A stretch of 46,387 nucleotides of DNA, filler included, from Dirinaria sp. TL-2023a (lineage: Eukaryota), in assembly GCA_051941275.1 (NCBI GenBank). It is 2 parts of 2 records of this genome, joined end to end, with 100 filler letters (N's around TTAATTAATTAA, not from the genome) between each part and the next. Parts side by side here need not be neighbours in the genome. Positions count along the whole stretch, not along the records: positions 23,290 to 46,387 come from JAVEBF010000210.1; 1 more part is not named here. One strand, written 5' to 3'. Shown here piece by piece: positions 37,750 through 46,387 of the stretch. Made by a program: the position numbers and the translations under genes. How positions within the stretch are numbered: position 1 is the stretch's first letter; every line of letters starts with the position of its first letter. Below the pieces are notes generated by a model. The model saw only the letters and a list, made by a program, of their open reading frames with translations. It was not told the DNA's origin and made no database searches.

Positions 37750-38267
37750 ATGACTCAATCACTTCGATTGGCGGTATAGGCTACCAGGATAACATTGTAA
37801 CAGTATCTGCTTGCTGACTACCTTACGTATAGCGCCGCACATTGGCCCAGGTAGCTCGCAAGCCAGCTCGTGTCCAAACGAGAACATTTCTGGCACCTAC
37901 CGCCGCCTTGCGAGGTATGCCGAAACCTGCGGTAGCTGATAGATGTCAACGACCAAGAGCTAATGCGCCACAAACAGCTGATCTCGTCCAAGACCTATAC
38001 CTGAAGGAACTCAAAGCCTACAAGCCGCCGCCTACCAAAGCCTCCGATGCCGAAGGCCACGTTCTGAAGTTTTCCGTCCCAAAGCCACCACAGTCACCGG
38101 AAGAAGGGGATCTAGCGCAGGATCTGAAAGCTTACGAACAACAGCAGGTGGAGGTCGAAGGGCAGGCCGCGGCGGGAGAAGCTGAAGCTGCAGATGAAGG
38201 GGATTTGTTGGACCAAAACTTCTTTGAAGCCGAAGAGGAGGAGGAAAGAGCTAAAAAGGCACACTAG
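37750..38267 (+). CDS. ATP14: Mitochondrial ATP synthase subunit h
   Basis: Three exons: Arg-rich presequence MTQSLRLA-RRTLAQ...AALR, then ADLVQDLYLKELKAYKP and an acidic tail. Confidence 0.9.
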
Positions 38268-39034
38268 AAATTGAACACACCTGCTCGCTGCCTATGGACT
38301 CCATGACTTGCTGCTGAAATGTCCTGCTTTTTGGATGTTCGAGCTCTGCAAATATTGCGAGCGAGGCTCAATCATCTGCAGCGGGCCCCGTGCCGACCTG
38401 AGGGAGAGCTGCTTCACCAAAAGTCTCCCTGTGACGAAGGCTCTACTAACATAGACTCGGATATAGCCATCTTCTGCTAGTCGTTGGGCTTTCCATCCTA
38501 CAATGACTGATAAGCCGAGTCTAAAGTGCTCTGTTAAGGTCTCTCCTAATTATTACAATTTACATTGGACCCGCGGATGATGCGTTGTCTGCAGTGCCCT
38601 TCTAACATGGTCTGTGTTGCTAGCTATTAAAAGTGCTTTGACACTAACAGCAGATCACCATGTCTACAGCAGCCGAGGTAGGTGAGTGACATGGGGCCAA
38701 TGATCTCGGCGAGGTCTTGAGTCGTTCCAATAAGGACTCCTCGGACGGACTTTGGTCCAATATTCATTGAATTCGCAACAGTTGAAGTGCAAATAATTGC
38801 CGTCACGCCAGTCGCCTAGAACTTCTCCGCCTGTGCTTTTCGTCATGGCGTCAAGCTCAATTCTAGCCCCGCATTGACATAAGGTAGCGTCTCTAATAAC
38901 AATAATGCTCCGACCTCAACTCACTCCTGATTAATGCATCTCCTGCTGTGCGGCTTCACGAAATAGTGGAATCGAGATTTAGTTTTCTCCTCTTGCTTGC
39001 ATTTGATAGAAGTCTGCTCAATCCAACACATCCT

Positions 39035-40546
39035 ATGGATCTTGATAGCTCAACAGAGAGCGGCAAAGCTGAGCCAGTCCCGAACATGGCCTCATCTTCT
39101 CCTCGAGCAAATCCTACCAAAACAAGAATCTTACTTGGGCTGGCAGACTCAGCACCTGTGGTCGAGGAGCATCAGGGACTGAACCACCACGACTACCTAT
39201 GGAGCCGCATCAGGCTTGCATTGAGAGAACCATTCGCAGAGTTCTTTGGAACATTCATCATGGTAATGTTCGGTGACGGTTCAGTGGCGCAGGTTCTGCT
39301 GTCGGCGGGCCAAACAACGTCTCCTGGAAAATCCGGCTCTGGAGCATACCAGTCAATCTCCTGGGGGTTAGAAAGGGCTTTTTCGGTTCATGTTATGCTA
39401 ATGCTGACATGCGTACCAGGTGGGGCCTGGGCGTCATGCTGGGCATTTATGTAGCCGGTGACTCGGGAGGCTTCCTCAACCCCGCGATTACGTTCTGCTT
39501 TTGTCTATACCGTGGGCTGCCATGGCGACGGTTTCCTGTATATTTGATAGCCCAATTTCTGGGTGGTTTCGTCGCTGCGGGGGTCATCTATGCCAATTAC
39601 GTTAATGCAATCAACAACTTTGAAGTATCTTCCCCTCCTACTTGCTTTGATAATGCTTGTTGCCATATGTACTGGTTGGCTAAAACTTTGGGAACATGTG
39701 TGACTGGTTATTCCGGTTTCGAAATGTCAAGCTAACCTAAGTACTTCAACCAGGGATATGGCGTTCGGACAGGTGCGTTGAGCTACATCAAGTTGTTTCG
39801 GAGCAAGCTCCTATTGCAGCGCTTTGTACAGCTCGATGGGTCAAGAATACCGCAGAAAATTTGACTGAGAATGCCCTTTTGAAAATTTTGTTTAGCCGAT
39901 ATGACCAATTGACCGTGCTGCATTTCTAGTTCCCCCCAGCCCAACGGCTACCGCAGGTGTTTTCTGTACATATCCGCAACCGTTCCTTAGCAAAGCGAGT
40001 CAATTCTTTTCGGAATTCATCACTGCTACTTTGTTGATGTTTGTGATCTTTGCATTAAAGGATGAGTCCAATCAAGGAGCGATGGGAAAGACAGGGGCAG
40101 GCCCGTTCTTCCGTACGCCTTCTATCCGATTACTTGGATCTCGTGGCTGATGGTCAAGAAAACTAGCTCTCGCGCTGTTCTTCTTGATATTCGGGCTCGG
40201 TGCATGCTTCGGCTGGGAAACTGGCTATGCTATCAATCTTGCGCGAGATTTCGGACCACGACTAATGTCCTGTGGGCAACCTCTCGCTCTCTGAGTCTTG
40301 ATTCACTTTGGTTGACGAGTGCGAATAGATATTCTTGGATATGGCACCGCGGTTTGGAGTGCAGGGGACTATTATTTCTGGGTCCCAATTGTTGCTTCAT
40401 TTCTTGGCTGTACATTCGGAGGGTTTTTGTATGATGTTTTCATCTATACAGGCTCCGAGTCCCCGATCAATACCCCTTGGATCGGTTTGAAGCGCATTTT
40501 TCGACTTAATCACCACGCACAAAAAGCAGAACGATCCAACGTGTAA
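39035..40546 (+). CDS. Aquaglyceroporin (MIP family)
   Basis: Six exons including a 19-nt micro-exon (39754-39772): [55 protein letters not shown]. Confidence 0.93.
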
Positions 40547-42161
40547 GCCACTTGGTCGTGCCTGAAATGTTGAAGGTCCGGATAGCGGGCGGCCATGGCC
40601 TGCTAACCCTAAGTATCCATCAGTACATTGAAGGATTTTGCAAAGCATTGACCACCATATGAAGTATTATTCAGTCAGTGGTGCTATATCAGTGTATTAT
40701 TGAGTTCGGGTCAATTCTGGAGGCTGATAACAATTCAGTGGGAGGTAGAAAAATAGCCAATTGAAATTCGCTGAACGACTCTCAAGCGGAATAGCAAGGG
40801 CTACCGTAGACCCAAGAGTTCTTAAGGCTCGGATGATGTGTTTTACCAGCACAGCTGCACAGGGGCTCGAAGGAGTAGCGGAACGCACGGGCCCCCTTGG
40901 TCTTCTCTCGAAACTCCAGCTGGCATAGCAGATATCTTTACACACGTATTGTGATGTCAGAAACAAGCAGAATACGTCGATCCATGTGTGATTCGCGTCA
41001 CAAGCCGCCCTATTTTTTTTTGGTGCCGTATATCATCTTCCAATCAATCCTAGGGAAGAACAATAGGACAAAGTCGCCAAACGAATTGCTTGTCTACATC
41101 CCATGGATCGTCTGATCCTCGGCCATCCCTCATTCAAGCGTAAGGTAGGCCTTCTTAGGACCTCGCGTAGCCGGTCCAGGACGGTTATGAAGATGGTCAA
41201 GAGATAGGCTGAGGGCTAATGTGGTCAAGAGGGGGATTTTTCCCGCACGCATGCAGCGACTATGCATAAGGGATATGTACATGTATGCACCATGCATATA
41301 CCATGTCGGATATCGTCCAAGTCAGCAATGGATGGCCAGGATCGCAAGTCTTGCTTTGGCGATGCATTTAATCGTGTATTATTCAGTGCTCCGTAGTCGA
41401 AGAACACTTATTACTAGAGCAAAATTAGTATCTTCTGTTGTACCTTAGTCAAGATTGATGCTGGTACTCTTTGATAGAGATTAATAGCATAATATTGCGG
41501 ATTATTATTGATGATTCAGGTCCGCCTCGGTCCCAGCTGTTATTTATTTTTGGGCACTCGTTCCGGGTCAAGGGCTCAAGGCTCTTTGCGGCTGGATCTA
41601 TCGAACCACTGGTGGCGGGAGCTACGAAATAAAGTACGGCACGAGGGGCAACTCATACCAGTAGGTAGCTTTCCACTTGGGCTGGATCCGGTTAGGCTCC
41701 CGTTTCGTGTCCTGTCCGGACGGAGCCGTTATCGCCGACTAGCTACAACGTGTACGGAGTCCCCAGTTACGATACCTACACTTACCTTAGTCGGGGCGTC
41801 TTCGGGCTGGGAAGCAGTTGTTGTGTGTGTCTGCAGTACGGTACCACGCAATTCTTTCCCTCAACCAGTCCCTCTTTTCCCTCGTTTTGTTGTAAATCTC
41901 CTACGCCTCTCGTTGGTCTTTGTGTATTGTCCGCTTTGGCGTTTTCAACACTTTCTATATTCTTAACAGCTTTTCCTCCCTGCTTCCCCTCGCTTCCTAA
42001 TTGCCCGTCATCAGGCCTCACTGCTACTTCGAGCTTTTGATCAACGAGCATAGCGTTCTGTTGAATTCTCTGACAGAGAATTTCGAATGGCCTCGAAGCT
42101 CCATCTGTCGCCAATTCATCTGACCCACGCTTGTGGATAGGCTTTCTCGCCTCTGGACAAC

Positions 42162-45100
42162 ATGTCCTTCACAGCATCGCCAGTCCTCACAGCTACGCCA
42201 AGCCCTGGCGACATCACTCCTTCCACTACATCCAAGGGAACATCGGACAGCTCAAGTGACTACAACCTTGAAGGTATTTCCCGCGCGGCGAGCTATACAC
42301 AACTTCCGTCGACGACGCCCGCAGATGCGCAGCAAGAACGCAACGACATCAAGCGTACATTCTCAGAGAACCTAATTGCCAACCCCAAAGCCAATAACTT
42401 CCGGCATGCCTCGATTAAGAAGAAGTCAAATATATCAGGGGGCTCGGGCGAGCATAGAGATACCTCCAATCTTACCCGCAAACTCTCTGCGGGGTCGAAG
42501 CGCGAAGCAAAAATCACCATTTCGAAATTTATGCTTGGAGGAGATGAGAACGAAGTGGACCTTGAGTATCAGCCAAAGAGCAGCTCCAAAAGCGTGAAAA
42601 AGTCCAAGGTCGATCGAGAGGCCAAGACCAAATCATTTTCGAAATCGTTCACAAAATTCGCGCGTCAGTCATGGATGGGCCCTTCGCGGTCTCCACCACC
42701 GGAAAATAGAACTCCGCAACCGAATCACGATTCACCAGCCACGGCATCGAGCCAGGGGGCATCATCTTCGACGACTATCGATCCCGCCAATGAAATGCAT
42801 GGACCAGACAAGACAGATATACATAACGGGAGCCAGCAGGAGAAGGATGGTATTCGACGAAACAAGTCACGACGGGCGCTCAGCTCTGTTCTCTCAATGA
42901 CGTCCTTGGACGGGAACACTCCTAAAGTTCCGCCCTTACCAAAATCACTTTCAACTGACCCAATTCCCCCCTCTAATGAACATACCACATCTGAGAAACC
43001 GTCGGATCTTCCAAAGTCAAGGTCTTTTGAGCGCTTACAGAGCAGAGGCACTGAGTCGCCACGCCGGAGGGATGATATGTGGAGTGCTTTTCGAGCTTTG
43101 GATGGAGACTTCCAGAAGTGATTAAGGAGAAATATCTGCTTCTCGATAACTTCGGCTGACCTCAATTGCAGATTTTACTCACGACCCAGCAACTCAAAAT
43201 GCGCAGTTGTTCGCTCCACACTCCTACCTTTTCTTCGGTCCCCTTCTAAGCCTCTGCCTGACTTCTCCTTGAGACCAGAGGATCTCGATCGTCGCGTGAA
43301 CGTCTTGAACAAATGGTGGACGGGCCTGCTGGAGATGCTCAATGGCCGAAATGGAGAATCGGTATCCGGTAGTGATAGGCCTACCGTGCTTGAAGCCATC
43401 ACAGCGATCATGATGAGACCCGAATGGAGCGTATCGCCCTCATTCAGCCCCTATCGCTCTTCCCGGCTCTCTTCAAAATCCAGATCCACCACGTCCTTGC
43501 GATCAACAACGTCGGATTTTCTGGCCGAATCAGTCGCTCATAATGTTAGGAACACTTTTGTTCAGAATCTATTGGCGCAAATGATATATGTTGTGAACAA
43601 GATGTCTGCTCGCAGCGTCCCCGCGAGCGTGGTGGCCTTTTGCGGGAAAGCAACAGCATACGCGTTTTTCTACTGCGATGGAGTCGCGGAAATACTCGTT
43701 CGATTGTGGTCAATTCCGTCAAGTGCGGTAAGGCGTGCACGGAAAGCGAATGGCCTAGAGAACATCGAAGATGCGCAGTCTTTATCAACGAAACTAGCAG
43801 AGCGGTTTCCCCCGTCTCTACGTGGATTAGCGTTTAGCTCAGTCAGGTCGATGGAGAAGCATCTAGGCAGCGCCCCGCATGTGTCCATCACTACATCGTA
43901 CATCAACTGGAACGGTCCATGGACAGCGAGATGGGCTGGACGAGATACCGATCTCTTTTATTCTTTTGCAAAGCAATACTATGACCTACTCGCTCAGCAT
44001 CTGCCGGAAGACGTGTCGCGAGAACATAGCTTCTGCGCGCCGAGCTTCGCATTGGTACAAGCACAGCTGCTGACCCTGTTGGATGCGACAATCCATCGTA
44101 TGAACATGCAACCATCCACCCAAACCTTCAACGGTTCTTCGTTCAACGATGTACTGACGGACGCGGATGCGTCGGCTGCTGTCCTTCCTATATCGCCTGG
44201 CAGCATCAACAGATCAATGGCAGAACACCGACTGATCATGCTTTTGAGAGACTGCCTTTCGGGTAATGCTGCGATCAGTCCAAGGGCTCAGGAGCTGTTC
44301 GCGAACTCCTACGAGTGCTTGATCAAAGCAGTGGCTTGTCAGACGTCCCGCTTCGATCACTTTGCGTGTTTTACCTTGTGTGACTTCTTGGAAGAGGCTT
44401 TGGTTATTTTTGTCCGGTTTTGCGAATCATCAGAAGCTGTTTCTACATCCCTTGACTGGCCCTTTTGGATCGAAGTCCTTCAGTTGATGATGGCGAGCAA
44501 CAACAGCATGACGGAGATCCGCCTCTGTGCCCTTCTTTACAGCCTCTGGGGAACCATCACTGGGGATGAAGGCCGTCGCAAGGCAGTATGTCTTAATTGG
44601 CTACTGGGCGAGCATATATTCCAGAGGCAATTCAATCACTGGTGCCCAATGGTGAGAGCTTATTATATGCGTCTCCTGATCTGGAGAGTCGGCCGACTAG
44701 ATGGAGCGGCTTCCGAATTGAACTCGTAGGTGATCCGTATCCGTGGTAGGAGGGGATGCGAGAAGCTTACAAAGATTAGGAAAATCCTCGAGACTTTGCA
44801 TCTACGACTGAACACTGTATACTGCCATTTCCTTTACCTCCAAGACTATGCGGAACAACAAGATCGGTGCTTTCCATCTACAGCGCCCTGTAGTCCGGCA
44901 CCAGGCCGCTGCTTGATAATCATGAGGAACGACCAAGCCGAGCCCCCTGGAATGTTCCTATCCTTTGATAGCATCTTGTCGCCTCCTAAAGATGGTGTCA
45001 AATCGCAACAGCAGGCTGGGCCGAAAGACCACCCTCCTCCACCCTACCGCGCTGCACAAGGTCTCGCAAAACCAGCAAATGGTGGTAAGCGCCGTTGGGG

Positions 45101-45614
45101 CATGTGGAAAACTATACTGCCCTTTACCAGCTCCTCCAGCACTTCTCCGAACTCAAACCCTCCCGCCACAGCAAAAGCCTTGACCACAGAACCGTCGCAC
45201 GAAGCAACCCCTGCACGCCAGCCTCAGCAACCCCAACAGCGCACTCCACCCCATATGTATCCACCGATGCCGAAGCTGTCCTATCTTTGCCACTCTTTCA
45301 GATTCTCCCTTGAATACAATGAAAATGGCAACGTGCCCAGTAAGGATAGGAAACTGTATCCTCCGAAAATGCCTCGCACCGCCGATGCCTTTCTACAGTC
45401 ACTACCAGATCTACAAACGGAGAACAAGCCTTTGGAGCCGCGTGGTGCATCGGCGGGCCCGAGCAAATACGCTGGCCGAGCGCTTGCCGAATGGGCAATC
45501 CTTATTGGCGAGTGCCAGAACTTCTTCGAACGCCGCAGATTCGAAGGCATCCCGAATGATTCGAAAGTCGAGACACCAACCCTGGGCGTCGAGAATTTTC
45601 GCAGACCGGGGTAG
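42162..45614 (+). CDS. DUF1765 (UPF0592 / yeast Ahk1-like) protein
   Basis: Exons 42162-43117, 43172-44725, 44780-45614. Disordered N-terminus, LNKWWTGLL, AFCGKATAYAFF, DWPFW, FNHWCPMVRAYYMRLLIWR, YAGRALAEW; family assigned from remembered motifs. Confidence 0.8.
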
Positions 45615-46387
45615 CCAATCTCCAATTCCTCCATACGTTTCCTTTCGAACCCGAATCCACGTCTCAACGTTCGGTATTACCCTCCCATTGCTCGAACAAA
45701 TTTTCAAGCATCGCTCCCGCCCCGCGCTATTCACATACAATTATTATCACTATTGAGAGCTATCTTACCGACGATAGCTACTGTTGATTCCGCATAAAAA
45801 GGAAACCTTTCCCCCTTTTTTGGGACGGCGCAATACTGGTCTCACTATTTAATCCTTGATGTCTAATGAAACATAGAAAAAGAAACAACCTCCCCACATG
45901 ATCGAAACCCGAGGATCAATGAAAGGAAGGAAATGTATGTAAGTGGTCTGAATTCCGGATATATATATAGAGAAGCATAGAAAGAAAGAAAAACAAAGTC
46001 GGTTTGCGTTATTTTCATTGTTCTGTGTGGGCGCTTGTCCGGGGGAAAGGTTCTGGGTTGGGGGCGTTGAAGGTATGGTGGGTTATTGCATGAAACTATA
46101 TTAACTATCATCATTGGCTGAAAGCTGGGTCCTGCGCTTCTAAATGTAATCGGGTCAATTTATATCGAAATCTGGAGGATGGGGAGGGAGGAATGGAACC
46201 ACCTATTTACAACTACCTACTGTACTTAATCATGGGCTGGGCGAACAGGGATAAGGAAGAATGTGTACTGTACACAAGTTACGTAAACCACATAACATAC
46301 ATATACACACAACCTCTCCCTTAGTTAAAACAGATTCTTCATTTTTTTAAGTCACACACAGTGTCTTTTACGCCCCCCCTCTCTCTC

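Noticed and set aside
40600..42120. Short ORFs between the aquaglyceroporin and DUF1765 genes
   Set aside because: No motifs or consistent splice structure; reads as promoter and 5' UTR with a pyrimidine-rich tract.

Overview
Eukaryotic DNA from a filamentous ascomycete (Pezizomycotina-type genes, short GT-AG introns with CTRAC branch sites). An artificial 100-nt linker (44 N + TTAATTAATTAA + 44 N, 23190-23289) splits the window, so the two halves may not be adjacent in the genome. Left half: a divergent lamA/lamB-type pair (a biotin-dependent urea-carboxylase-like fusion plus a LamB/YcsF/PxpA protein). This is followed by an accessory-looking block of about 14 kb holding an orphan repeat protein, a non-coding 79-bp tandem array, a foldback element carrying TTAGGG/CCCTAA telomeric repeats, an F-box-like gene, a GFA-family gene and a ~1900-aa NACHT-ankyrin NLR, and then an HCS1/IGHMBP2-like helicase. 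Right half is mostly housekeeping: PRP4 kinase, TMA7, a hypothetical protein, DAP1, an M28/transferrin-receptor-like peptidase, TFIIB, ATP synthase subunit h, an aquaglyceroporin and a DUF1765 protein. All calls come from reading the sequence by eye; no database search was run, and exon boundaries are manual predictions.
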